Assembly (NCBI GenBank): GCA_030141605.1
Contig: JAQGDQ010000688.1
Span: 48,283-112,282, forward strand
Direction of reading: 5' to 3'
Length of the DNA: 64,000 nt
Source of the DNA: Tubiluchus corallicola
Lineage: Eukaryota > Animalia > Priapulida
The translations under genes and the position numbers were made by a program. Of this stretch, positions 13,301 to 28,300 are shown piece by piece. Below the pieces are notes generated by a model. That model made no database searches. It was not told the origin of the DNA and saw only the letters and a program-made list of their open reading frames with translations. Each line of letters begins with the position of its first letter. The stretch's first letter is position 1.

Positions 13301-16300
13301 TTACATACTGATGTGGGTTGGGAGACCCGTGAATGACAAAAAGCCGCAACTGTACGGGCCACCCAGATCAATAGCATACAATAGAATACAATTGTTTGAT
13401 TGATGGAGACAAGAGGTGACGTAACAATGACGACCAATAAACAATTACTCTAATACTATTACTTTATAGGATTTTACGGACTGAAGTATGAACGACTAAA
13501 GTGAAATAATAATAATAATGACAACAATGACGACGATAACGGCAGCGGCGATGACGACGACAATAATAATAATTTATTTGCCTTCAGAATAACAATCATA
13601 GATAGTATATAACAATGTGTTACAAAGTTTAGAGAAGGATAAGATGGCGAAAGAGCAAATGGTCATCTAGTCTGCCATCCCTAAATAGTGAATCTACTTA
13701 TTTCAGCATGGCGAGTAAATGTTAATAGAACAAAATACAAAATAGAAGAGGAAAACAGATCATAATTAAATTGATGGCAAATAATTATGGTAAATAAAAT
13801 TATGCAAATTTACACAAAACAAAGTGAAAATAAAATTATTAAAGCAGAATTCTATGGGCAAAACAAACTAGTTAAAAAGCAAAATAGCTAACAAATTAAT
13901 AAATTCATGTAATATAATAATCAAAAGGAAATAATCAAATACTCATAAACAAATTCGATAGAAAACTCATAACAGATCAGCCAAAAATCACATTGATAAT
14001 AACTGACTGATAATTAATTGCAAAATTACAGAAGTGTGTAGCTATGCTGACTAATTATTATATAGGTCTGTGTAAAAGTGAACATCTGTACTGTGCGGTA
14101 CCGTTTAGGTGAAGTGTAAAAGATATGCATGCATGACAAGTAAATTACTAACTTATCTAGGTAAAAAAACGTATCGTTTTGCGCATCGTTTCATTGATAT
14201 GCTGCCTTTGTTCAAAATGGGGCACGACAAAAGGCCGCTTGAAGTGTAAAAGAGAATGGCAGGAAAAATGGTTAGTAAAAAGACAGTAAGAAAGTGATAC
14301 GAACACTGGTGCTCTGTAGTATTGCACAGTATTTTTACACGTCTTAAAATTTGACTAAATTGGTCATTTCAAAATCTTTAAACACCAAATGTTTAAATGG
14401 GAAAAAAATGCAATTTTAAAGTGTGTCCTAAAAAAACTTTTTACTCAAACTTATATTACTTAACATTACGCTTACTTGCTTGAAAAACTTAACCCTTTCA
14501 AACCCGTTGTATCCCGTGGGATACGAGAATATTTTCTGCATTTAAAATTAATAAAATGTTAAAACTGACAGTTATTTGATCTGTTAATAGTTATTTTGAT
14601 TTAAGCCAATAACAATTGACTAAAAATGGTGATAAAATGGCAAACTAGAAAATCTACATAGCATAAAAAACTGCGCAAGGTACAGTACTTTAGAGACGAC
14701 TTTGTACAGATCAGCATAGTATGCGTACTAAATGTCTTAAATACTTTAAAAAATACATTTAGCAGTTGCAAAATGAAGCACAATTTATGCTTCCACTGAA
14801 TCCCAATGTATCCCGTGGGATACAGGCTATATTTAGCACGCGGGCACAGGTAGAAAAAAATAATAATTATGTGTAAACAAGATGGACATACTGAACAAAA
14901 GCACCAAGCGAAAAAAAATTTTCTTATTAAAAAATAATTTGGGATTGAAAGGGTTAAGTAACTAGGAAAAAAAGATATTCGCACCAACTCGTAAATATCA
15001 TTGACTCATTTTCCCAGTGTGCACCAATGAGTCATCAAAAAACGTATTTTTAATCTTATTGACAAGATAAAATAATTTATACTTTTGCTTAGTTTGTGAT
15101 GTGTATGCTACGAATGCTCTAATTATTTTTCAAACTTTAAGCGACGTTGTTTGAACTTGTTTAAAACGATTTACCGCCAAAATGGCTGTGCCTGGCAGTC
15201 ATCGCGGGAGTTTAAATTTACATGTTTTGTTCAGCGTTACTGCCGAGGCAAGCCCAGCGTGCAAAAGCACAGTATGTAAGGAATACAAAATTTCAAGACA
15301 AAGTTTTTATTCTTAATGTCAGCAAAGGTTTCCTTGTGCTTTAGAAATGCCAGATAACAAATTTTTGCTTAAATTTCTCCAACTTTACTGATTGCAGCAA
15401 TTTCGTTCCCGTCAAATCTTAATTTAATCAGTTCGCATGGATCGCAATACGGCAAGATTACAAATAATTCAAAGACGATCTTGGTATGTGTTCAGTTTAG
15501 ATTAAATTTATAGCGAACTGATAAATGGCATTTGCTCTGAAAGCTGAAACGATGGTTTTTCAAGTGAAGACAGTTGATCAGAGTTCTATCCTATGCTATG
15601 TATGATCAGTATTCATTGCTTAACATTGATTCACGTATTTGTGTAGCTAGTTTAAACATAAGTGCTTGAGTTAGGCGGTGTAAAGGTGACTTCGTTTCAG
15701 CCACTTTTACGTTTTGTTCTATGGCACCTCCAGGAGCAGCATGTTCCATTTCGTCCAAGCGTAATTTTTGTTTCTTTTGGGATTAATATGCATTTTTAAA
15801 ACCTCGGTTGATTCTTTACCCATTTGTACTTGTCGTTCCAGCTAAAGCGTAAGCTAGTGATTTTTCATTGTGCAAAAATCTTATTAAATGTATTTTTTAA
15901 TTTAAAGGAAGACAGGAGGATTTTTCATGTACTACCCCATTTTCAAGTTGGATGAAAAGTATGCAATTAATACTGCAAAAGCCTTTCTGATAACTTAATA
16001 ATAGTTTAAAAACTTAATTAACGGCGGGCGAGCTCAACTGTTGATGACATCATTAACTAACACATCTGAACTGAGAGGTTCAGCACCTCTTTTTTGGACA
16101 ATGCATTTCTGAAATGGAGGCGCTAGTGCCCGTGTAACTAGCGAATGGCAAAATGCACGTAACAGCGAAGAAGAACTAGTGGCACAAACCTGAAATTGTG
16201 TTTGTGTGGTAATAATTCTTTCGCGTAAGTCATTTTTGAAAAAAATGGCGTTTTCCTTCAATATTTTAAGAGTACAGTGTTCCTTCGCTACTTCGCAGTT

Positions 16301-19300
16301 CGTTTATCGCGGACTCGCTGTTTCGCAGGTTTTCAAAAATATTAATGTAAAATATTTATCGCGCTATTTTCGCTGTTTCGCGGGGTTTTGTGGTACTCCG
16401 TCTAAAGTATTTTTGCGCATGCGTTTGATGAATTTTGCATAAAAAATCACAAAATGTATAAAAATTTATTAAAAATATTGATTCTAACATTAAAAGAATA
16501 TAAATCATAAAAAATTACCGTTTACAGTAAATATTGTATTTTTTCGGCGGATGAGTACACACCAAAAATGAAATGTAGTACTTGCGCCCGCTTGAGATGC
16601 TACTTGCCGACTTGAGATTGTACACAACACACGATTATGTATAACACGCGTGTAGTGAGGGTCCGGTTTTGCTTTAAATACGTGCATTTTTTCATATGAC
16701 GAAACTTAAATATATCCTTTAATTTATATAAGTGCATCCTCAAATAATTATTTTTGTTTTAAAAGAATTAATCTAAAGTTTTAATCAACTTGTCTCATCA
16801 TAAACGTCGTCGTTTGGTAGTCTGTATTAGTAGTGCTGGATTTTGGCTTGCTGAGTCCGAACTCTATAAAAAAACAAAAAAAAAAGTGTTGTGTTGTACG
16901 TCTGCTTGTCTTGTATTCTCTATCTTCCTGTCAAATATTTATTTAAAAGTTCTAAACTCAAACTCCCACGATACTATCGAAAGAAATCCTTGTGGTGGCG
17001 TATCTAGGACAAGGGTGTGAAGTGCACAGCAGAGTTTACACAGCATGAATGCATTGTGGTGGTCTAGTTATTGTTACCGCCATTGTTACTAATCCATTGT
17101 TACTAATTTATTGTTAGCTCCACTGTTAAGTCAATTGATAAATATTTGGATGAGCCAGGCTTGAATGACACCGTAACGTCTTGAACGGCTATGATGTATT
17201 GATCAAGTTCTGTTAAGTAGATCTCTGTCCAGGTAACTTAGACTTTCTAGGTATCTGAGTCAGGTGTGCAATTACACTTTCACTTTGGTCTAAATACGTA
17301 TTTATTAAACACTCGGTACGCTCATATTTGCGGCATATTGACAACATAAAATGCACACACGAGACAGAATGCGAGACAGCCTATTAGAGCTGTCTGAAGA
17401 GCAATTTAATGAATGCTATTATATAAATATATGATTGAATAAATTACAAATAAAATAGAATCAATACATTGCAAGCAATTACAATATTACGACAGTGATA
17501 AACAAACGCTATAAACAAACACACAAATAATAAGCAAGCAATATTGTATATTGTATAATAAGCAAGCAGTATTTCACAACCAATTACTATATTATATCAA
17601 TAATAAATAATTACCATGCATATGAATATGAAAATATTAATGAATTTTATTATTCAAGTATATTTGTAGACAAAAACATATTAATTGGATTTAAATCATT
17701 TGCTATTTTGTAAGAAATCTATTACAGTTAGGAATAAATTGCAATTTACTTCCTCAGACCAATTGTTACAATAGTGATGGGCGATTAATAAATTAATAGA
17801 GATTACAACCACGTATAAATCGATATAATCGGCTATTGAACAGCAATTCAGTTAATCGAGAGCAAAATGTACCAGTTACACGCAGACTAAAAGGCAGTGT
17901 TTTAGCACAAATAAACTGAACTCTTGCCCATTTTTTCTTCATTTTTTTCACCTTACACAATGCACGCGTTTGCAAACCACAGTGTTGCAAACTGGGATTT
18001 GTTTTTAATAATAAATTTATTTGAAAAAAAAGAAATTCGTTTTATTTGTTTTAACGTAACGTGTGTACTTGATGTAGTAATAAGAGTAGTTTCGAATGTG
18101 TACGTATCTATAAAAATAGTTTGCAAGTACGAAAATAGCAGGCGGCAACGAAAGCCATGAAGAAGTTTATAGGCTGTATTTCAGTGCTGCAATGTTTGAA
18201 AAATGTGGCTGAAACACTAAAAATTTGTCACAAAAGATTCATCCTGATATCAAATGACAAGAACAAGATCGTAATAGAATTAGAAAATTTCGAAATCGTT
18301 CATCACTACGTTTCAGCCATTTAAGAGTAATTGAATTAATCCCATTCACCTGCAAACCAGATTCACTTCCTTTTCACGGCCTTTTTTTTAAAAACTACTT
18401 CCGTTTTCTTCAAAAGCCGGTTTTTTTTTAGTATGCGACGTAAGTTTTATAAAGTTTTACTTCGTTTTCCAAAACTTTACATGCCCAGTAACGTTGTAGA
18501 ATGTAGATTTTAGTAATGTTATGGAATGTAGATTTTAGTAATGTTATGGAATGTAGATTTTAGTAATGTTATGGAATGTAGATTTTAGTAATGTTATGGA
18601 ATGTAGATTTTAGTAATGTTATGGAATGTAGATTTTAGTAATGTTATAGAATGTAGATTTTAGTAATGTTATAGAATGTAGATTTTAGTAACGTTATAGA
18701 ATGTAGATTTTAGTAATGTTATGGAATGTAGATTTTAGTAATGTTATAGAATGTAGATTTTAGTAATGTTATGGAATGTAGATTTTAGTAATGTTATAGA
18801 ATGTAGATTTTAGTAATGTTATGGAATGTAGATTTTAGTAACGTTATGGAATGTAGATTTTAGTAACGTTATGGAATGTAGATTTTAGTAACGTTATGGA
18901 ATGTAGATTTTAGTAACGTTATGGAATGTAGATTTTAGTAATGTTATAGAATGTAGATTTTAGTAATGTTATGGAATGTAGATTTTAGTAATGTTATGGA
19001 ATGTAGATTTTAGTAATGTTATGGAATGTAGATTTTAGTAATGTTATGGAATGTAGATTTTAGTAATGTTATGGAATGTAGATTTTAGTAACGTTATGGA
19101 ATGTAGATTTTAGTAACGTTATGGAATGTAGATTTTAGTAACGTTATTAAATGTAGATTTTAGTAACGTTATGGAATGTAGATTTTAGTAACGTTATGGA
19201 ATGTAGATTTTAGTAATGTTACGGAATGTAGATTTTAGTAACGTTATGGAATGTAGATTTTAGTAACGTTATGGAATGTAGATTTTAGTAACGTTATGGA

Positions 19301-22300
19301 ATGTAGATTTTAGTAACGTTATGGAATGTAGAACGAGAAAATGTATGCATAATATAAAACTTTATTAGGTACAAGCTCCTGTAAATATCACAGTAGATAG
19401 TACATTTATACAATGTTTATGATCTATGTACGTAAAATGCCCAGTGTTGCAGATTTACTTACATGTGTATGCATTAACCGTATTGCACACTCTGTTATGT
19501 TCAGTGACTCCAGTTCATCGTATGATTTGTTCATTTCTGGTTCCAAGTGCTAAGCTGTTAACGTGAGTGTAACGTTTGACGTGTTAATGCTGGTATTTAT
19601 TATTATAATAATGATAATAATGTATGGCTTGAATTTGATGTGAAGTTTGGCATGTTTTGTTTGATAACGGATGTCAAAAACCTCGAGCGTTCGCGCGTAA
19701 ACTAATCGCTTCTTGTTTGTGTTGGACAGGGTCGATCAGAGGAACGGAAAACTGCTGGCAGTTTTGACGAAAACCATAGCTCAACTTCTCCACCAGCAGG
19801 TGAGCACGTTAAGGCCCGTTCATACCTCCATCATGCTGAAATCGAAAAACGAAAAAAACTCACGAGCTCATTACTACTTTTAAGAATCGTAAGATCATGG
19901 AAGGCTTTCCTTCTTTTAAGTCACATGATATTAAAGATATATTATTTAGAATCTTAATTTTATGATGGAAAAATGGCTCTTTTTTCTTCATTTTTCATAT
20001 TCTAATATAAATTAGGTTAGGTAAGTTAGGTGACTAAAGTTGGCTTCTGACATCTGATTGGCTGTGGCGCAACAAATTTATAAAGGTTAAGCTAAACAGA
20101 TTTGAAAAATTCACTAGGGGCCACTAGTACCCACATTTTGCACACAATTATAGCAATTTTTATTACATTTATTTGGCTGTAACACAACATTTTTATAAAA
20201 GTTAAGCTAAACAGATTTCGAAGATCACATACACTTAGCATACAATTATAGCAATTATGAATACATTTATTTGGCCGTAACACAACAAATTTATAAAAGT
20301 TAGCTAAATAGATTTCGAAGATCACATACGCTTAACATACAATTATAGCAATTACGAATACGTAACACGACACATTTCTAAAAGTTAAATTTAACAGATT
20401 TCGAAGATCACACACACTTAGCCTTCAATTATAGCAATTATGAATACATTTATTTGGCTGTAGCACAACAAATTTATAAAGCTAAACAGATTTTGAAGAT
20501 CACACACACTTAACATACAATTATAGCAATTATGAATAGATTTATTTGGCCGTAACACAACAAATTTATAAAAGTTAACCTAAACAGATTTTGAATTATA
20601 TATATATATATATAATTTATATATAAACAGCAAACAATTATATATATAAACTTTATTTTATTTTAGCATACAGTTATCGCAATTATGAATACATTTATTT
20701 GGCATTTATCAAAAATCGCTCGGCAGTCATTCTCCACCATCACTGCAAATGTTGCTCAAGCTTTATAGATTAAATCAGCTTCATGTCACGAGTGTCATGT
20801 TGTACGAGCCACTGGAGAGCTTTTAACTGACATGGACATCCATTATGCTCGCGAATGTGGAAGCTTTTACTTCGCTCTCAAGTGTGGGAGTTTACATCTC
20901 TGCGACATTTCTGTAAATATTGGTAGAGCACATCTTTACCTTTGAGCATGCAGCTGAGATTGAATGAACATTAACCACAACATTTAAAATTTGGACTAAG
21001 TAGTTGGTGAATTATTCAATGATAACTCGTTAGATGCTGCATTTGTTTTTCTCTTTGACAATTATCTATACATTATAACATATAAATACAAAACTTTCCA
21101 TACAATGTTATATATATTATTTAGCAATACACTTACCTGTTTGAAAGACTAATATAATTAGAAAAGAAAATTCCTAATAATTTAAAACATTTGCATTAGC
21201 TGGTAAAACATCACTGATTCACCTTCCCAGTGTGCACCATTGACTCACCATAAAATTGTCCTTATTGGCAAGGTACAGTCATAATATTTTTGCTTAGTTG
21301 GTAAAGTGTGCACTACGATTACCCTGGTCATTTTTCAAACTCCACACAATGTTATCTAAACTTGTTTCAAACCACGTGCTATTAAAATGAAGCATGGCGG
21401 GAGTTTAAATTTACAACTTACAGTTTTACTACTAACTCAAATTCTGTGTGCATTAATGCAGTATCCAAGCAATAAGAACGTATCAAGATTATTTTTTGAC
21501 CAATGTAATTAAAGGGTTTTCTTGTGCTTTAAAGAACGTCCGCGCAAATTCCAGTTGAAACACACTAGAATTTGTGTCTCTGTTTTTTAAAATAAGTTCG
21601 TTTATGCTTAGATACAGTAGAAAGGCTTAACTGTTCTTCAGTTTATTAACTATATATAATTGTTTTACAGTTTAATGATAAATTAGACAAGCAAAAAATA
21701 CTGCTAATTGTCGACTTGCGACTGTTCGACCAGACCGCAACTTAAATAATTAATTATACATACCAACTATAACTCATATTTCTTTCAATTTTTAACATAC
21801 ATATTAACTCTAAATTGCCATCTGTTTTGACAAAAACTTAGTGCTTTTGTTCACATAACGTCTTGCATGTAGGGCGCACCGTTTTAAGATACGGATCGGC
21901 CTTGCGTCCAGTTCGTCTCACGACCAATCTGCCGTAACGCATTGTGGTCGTAAGCCGGCAACTGCCTTGTATTAGTTTTTAAACAGCCGTCTTTATTATT
22001 TTTTAATACTTCATCTTACAGAGACATATGTGAGTACGTTTATCTCGTATATGCATTGGTTACCTCAGGCCGGTTATGAAATAGTTTGTTTCTGTCTTGC
22101 CCCATGTCAGTAGGGAGGGAGGAATTTTTTCCAAAGAAAATTTTTTAGAGCTTTGTGAATATTTGAAGCTGAATTGTGGAATATTTAAAATCATTTTAAA
22201 TCAAAGTTTGTTTTCTCCCTTTAACAGTGATGTTTTAATTTTTTCAATGCACATTTTTTCATTTTATTTATTAGTTTTTCGTTTCATATTACTAAATTAT

Positions 22301-25300
22301 CGATAATTATCGGTTATCACATAATCTCTTTTTCGTGTGTTATGAACTGATAATTATAGTATAAATGGCAACACTGCTCGACCAACCAAATACATGGATT
22401 TGACAGAAAATACGTTACTTTTTAGCCCCTCATATGATAATCACATCATACAAAATGGCAACCCTGGCCGACAGTTAGCCGTAGAGAAACATGGCTGGCA
22501 CAACCATGTAATAATAATTATTGGATTTTACGTTTTAAATTTAAAGGAAGACAGAATGGTTTTTCGTTTACAACCTCATTTTCAAGTCCGATAAAAAGTA
22601 TACATTTTAACACAATTAAACGGCAAAATGCATTTCTGATAATTAAGTAACTGATTAATGCCTTGATTAACGGCGGGCGAGCCCAACTATTGATGACATC
22701 GCAAACTAATATAATTTTCAACAGTAAAAATATTCCACAAGCGTCTTACATGCGTTTGTAAAAGTGAAAATTCAAGTACAGTGCTGTTGTAAGATATTCT
22801 GCGACACCTGTTTTTCGTGCAATGCGTTTCCGAAATGTGGCGCTAGTGCCCGTCTAACTAGCGAATGGCAAAATTCATTTAACATCGAAGAACTAGTGGC
22901 CCGAATGCGAAAATTGTATTTATGTGATAATAATTCTTTCACTTTGAAAAAATAGTATGTTCAAATTCAATGTATGTTCATATACTATGTTGAAATGTTC
23001 AGTATTTTAAAGAGTAGATTGTTTTGACCTACAGTTTAAGATTGGGTCCGGTTTTGCTTTAAAAATATATGTTTTTGTATAATTGCATCGAGTAAGCATG
23101 TGAACATACAAAACATTGTAAAATATTGCTGAGAAACTTCTGAGGGTTTCTTTGAAAAGTAAGTCACTTAGTTCATGTAGAGTCATCGGTAGCCCTAGCA
23201 GCTCAAATATTTTCTTTATTTCTGTTTGTATTCTGACCGTTTGACTCATTTCTCTTCGCAGTAGACATCGAAGCAGCACGTCCATCAACCGCCGGTGAGG
23301 AAGAACTGCAGCTGCAGCTTGCCCTGGCTATGAGCAAGGAAGAAGCTGAACAACAGGTACGTTGTTGCTTAGCAACAGGAAAGAAGATTGGGCTGTTGTC
23401 TACGAATATTGCAGCAAACTCATTCTTAAACATGAATTCCAATACAATTGGCACGAGTGTAACACTGACACGCTCTATGGCTTTGATATAACAGACTATT
23501 TTTGCTGTCGTTCTGGCTTCGACAGACATCCGCTGTAACGGAGCATCTAGACTGGAACTCAGACTAGTAGGTGATGCCCTATGCAATACGTATGGCAGTC
23601 AGCATAAGACATTATGAAATGATTCCTGCATTATTATTGATTCACGTCATTAGATATTGCTTATTACAACAGAGACATGTGTAAATCGTATTTATTGTGT
23701 ATTGAATATGTTGACTGGTTGTTTTTCGTAACAGATGCTGTATAAGTAGTCATCCATTTATAAATGCATTACTCTTTTCCCATTAGTCTATTTTTTATGC
23801 TTGTAGCAATGGTTTATTGTATTATATATATATATATATATATAATATATATATATATATATCATTTATTTCACAAATTAATGAGTACACAATACATATG
23901 TAAGTGGATATAGATAAACAGATAGATATATAGTTTATTGACATATGTCCACAGGCCCGATCAAAACAATAATAAACATTTCATACAGTAGACTACATAC
24001 ATTTTCAGATTAATTTTGCCACTGCTGCACATTGTATTACAGTGTTTTGTGGTTGCATCAAACAAAACATTTTTTCATTTTTAGTTGAAGCGTTAAAAGC
24101 AGGAACATACTGAGAAACTGTGTTCATCATAAGGTTACCTGTAACGTTATGTCTTGAGCAGTACAATAAAAAATGGCATTCATCTTTAACAACATTGCAG
24201 ACGCTATAAACTCAATTTTCACCTGAAACAGGTGGTCTTACATATCTACCAGTTTCAACAGTCAAACGATGAGTTCAAATTTTTGTCAAAGCCTTTCTGT
24301 CTTTAACATTCTTAGTATTTTCGAAATAAATTTCCACTGCAAAATTCTCTTTAAATATATAAAAAGATAATTTGCTTAAAGACTTTAACGACTTGCTTAG
24401 ACTTTAAAGACTCTCTCCATTATAAAACATAATTGCTTGAAGTCTAATTTCTGAAAGATATACAGTATTAAAATAGCGCGGTGCTATGTTATGTTCGAAC
24501 AAAAAAAACCATATTATTTTGGTGAAACGCACCACGTCAAATTCAGATTTTTTGTACATTAAAATAGATAATGAAGGAATATATAAATATATACAAATTA
24601 GTAATACAATATATACAATTTTGAGTTAGTTAAAAACTAGAGACTGGGGTAATAGACATACGCCTGGAAAGTTTCTCTTACTCCTTTGAACATTCTTGTT
24701 GTCAATTGTTTTGCTCGTACCTTCTTGTGTGTTTCTTCTATTGCTCAGATTTTCTTCCCTATCCATTACATTCTTTGAGATATTTTTACTTCGATGACAA
24801 TGACAAGGTCGTTTGCGTTGACATTGCAAGAAGACGTCCACCATCATGGATATTGCTGATGTTGTTATGCTGACATTAATCGATGAGTACATGTCACGAA
24901 ATTGCAGTCGATTAGTAGCTTCATCGGTCCTCCATCTTGACGCAAACGCCTTTGGTTGTTTCTTTATTGGCAGAATTTCGAACAGACATTTCAAATCATA
25001 ACCCCTTGGCGGAAGTATGTTTAATTTTTGAGCCGGTCATGACTCAGAAGCCACTAAATTTGTTTCAGTAGTAATGTTTGCCTGTGGTTTTGTGCAACAG
25101 CTTAATATCTTTCTGAGTTCCACGTCACGTGGATCTGAACTTCTGAAGATCTTTGAACAGTCCCGGCTTTAGCTAGTTTGACGTCCTAGGCAAAAGTATT
25201 CTTAGCACTGCTTTTCCTCAACGGTGAAACCCTTCCCCCGTGGTCCCCACTACGCTCCCAATGTTGAATTTTTCTTGCATAATATTGGACTGCCGTCCAC

Positions 25301-28300
25301 TCATAGCGGAGGGAAGACGGATGGCCCTGCTGCCCACACAGTGTGGCATGTCTTAATTAAGTCAGTCAATGCCTCACCCATAAAACAAAAATTGAATAAT
25401 AGGGTCAGTCGAAATGACAATTTATTATTGAATATTACACTGTAAATAAGGAACGACCAGCTTACCTACAGAAACAGAGTTTGCGAGAAAAGCCTGAGAA
25501 ATGTGAACAGAGCTGCACATGCTACGAAAGACACGACCACTGACAAGGGTCTACAGCAGACCTTCCCTTTTTATAAGCTCAGGTGTGCACATGACTAGTG
25601 GCTTTTACTAACACAAGGTCAGAATACGAATATGTGCTAGATAAAGCCACGTTCACATGCACACCCGAGAAGTCTACTGTATTCCCCTGCCAGCATTACA
25701 TTTCATGTCATCACAGCCCTGTAGTACAATGTTATAAAGCGAAGTGGTACCTAGGCATTTATTATAGTGTACTAATTAAGTGTAGCTAATTGACTGTCTA
25801 CAGCTTGACTTGATTGAATATGAAATTGGATAGTAAGAATTTTTTATTAACTATAGAAGGAACATTATATAAACACTTATACAGAAACGGCAGGTAAAAG
25901 CAGATTAACGTGTCAGTAATGTGTGCATGAAGTGGTGTAATTTGAGGCAACCGGTTATTTTCCAAAATTACCAAGTCTATAATATCTAGAAATAGTGACA
26001 ATTTTGTTTGTTGTTTAATTATTTTGATTCTAACTTCCTGTTTTTTTAATTTAGGACTTGCCGAGTCCTGTGTGTGTTTTTTTTAATGTCCGTGACTTGA
26101 TGGTATTTGCGATTTTTATATTCTTGTCAGTTTGCAAACATTTGAAATTTTTTACCTCGTTTAGGAAAGGCTGCAAAGAGGTGATGATTTACGCTTAAAG
26201 ATGGCTCTGACGCAAAGTGAAGAGGAAAGTAAAACGACTCCGCCTAAGACGGCGGTTCAAAACCCGCCACAGGCTACACAGCAGGTACAAAAATCTATTA
26301 GATCGTAAAAAAACTGTAGTACTTACAGGACGTCAAAATTTTCCATTTCAAAATTGATCAGATTTCCTTTCAGAGGATCGTCAATTCCGTTTCGATTCTG
26401 CTTTACGAAAGTTAGAAGCTACAAGTTGCCCTATAACTGATATTTATCATCTGATTAACATTAGATGTGCAATATTAGCAATGAGTAAATAATAGATTGT
26501 AGATAAAAAATTCATATACGAATTAAGTATGTGGTCTACCAGGCATTTTTATTTGCGTTCACATAACGTAGGAATACCAACAATTAATTTGCACAAGAAA
26601 TTTACAGAATTGTGTCTCGTTATCTTCGTACAAATGATCGGGAAATTGGCTGATGCTTTTGTTAACTATCACACAGACACACAAAACTGATGCCAATTGT
26701 TTTACTGTTTTGGCCAAACATCACTTTCGTCGGCCATTTGAAAAGTTTAACTAAATCAACTTGAGTTGAGATCAAAAAGGTATGAACAAATTTCAGTATA
26801 AATACAAAAAATGCGTTTGTTTGAACACTTTGCCGATTGCATGATGTGGGAAACTTTCCATAAGCTTATTGCTATTTATTACAACCTCTCGCTTAGTGTT
26901 GTTCCGGATACACTTTTTTGCCGGATAGCGAATACCGGATATCATCGAATATTTCCTCAGATTGACTTTCGGATTCGGATCATACCCGGATAGGTTAGCT
27001 AAGTTCGGATCGAATATGCGGATCAGCTCGGATAATGAAAAACTAGTAAATGTATTCAAACTAGTGTTTTCAATTAATCAGTCATCTTAAAGGATCTTCC
27101 CGAAGATGCACCGTATTACCACATACAAATGAAGAAAGATGTGTGTAAAATTTTCGTCTTCAAAACACAAACAGAGGCTAAAACAATCTCAAAGTTTTTT
27201 GGTAATATTTTATTTAGTTATTTTCGGCTTATTCGAGAACCATTTTCAATTGCACAGTACGAAAACCGGATAGCGAATATTTGCGAATATCAAATTTTTG
27301 TAACTACCGGATAATATCGGATATGAATACCTGCAAAATCTCGCGAATATCTTCGTTTTCGGATACGCATCGGATATTTGTAGCAACACTACGACTCTCA
27401 CTAAAGAATTTCCTATATCTTTCGTGGCAAACGCAAAAGTAAAACTCGGTGGGGTGGGGGTGGGGTGGGGGGTCGGAACGCTAGCAACACCGAGACAGGC
27501 TGAAAAAACTGCTTAATTTTATGAGTAACAAGCAAAGTAAGTTCTGACTCTAATACATCCTTTTGCCACCAATATTCAGACAAAATTGTCGCAAGACACG
27601 TTCCGGCTTGGTTTTTACTATGCGGTGTTTAATCACTAACTGCGTAGCCAGGGTTCAATGTTAACGAAAAACAAACCGCTAGTTAAGGTATTGGTAAGAA
27701 AGATAGGTGGTTTCAAGCAAAGAGAAAGTAGAACTATGAATTGAACTCATAAAACGTACAATTTATGTCAGTTAAGCCTCTGGAAAACCCCTTAATTTTT
27801 TTCATTGCTTTCTGTGGAAGTCTTGGCTTCGTTTCCGTTGTTTTACGTCAGTTTCGCTTAACGTCGCTTTCTGCTGGACCGCATCAGCGTCATTAAGCGA
27901 CGACTTACTGTACGTAATACAACCTTCATTTTACAACGTAATTTGTGTTTTAGAAAATTTTTTAACACTTAACATTTCATGTCGTACCTAACGAATGCGT
28001 TTTGTTGGAGGGGTTGATTAAATATGATGTTCATGTTACAGTGGAGTACATTGCATTATTGTATTTGAAATACAGTCAACTTCGGATATAAGGGACACCT
28101 CTGGACGGGAAAAGATCGTCCCTTGTATCCGATGTCCCTTATAGTCGAAGTTGGGTCAGACCGAGGGTGTATCTAGACCTGTACTTTTTTGTACTTTTAC
28201 CCATATTTTTATGGATTATTGCTACACATTCAGTGCAAACGGTATGTAGGAATCTCCTTCAGTGATGCGAGATGTATGTGACCTCAGAAACCGAGTTGTT

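Noticed and set aside
18487-19332. CRISPR array (also 32493-32800, 60946-62158, 62818-64000)
   Set aside because: Head-to-tail repeats with no unique spacers, in eukaryotic introns, with no cas genes.
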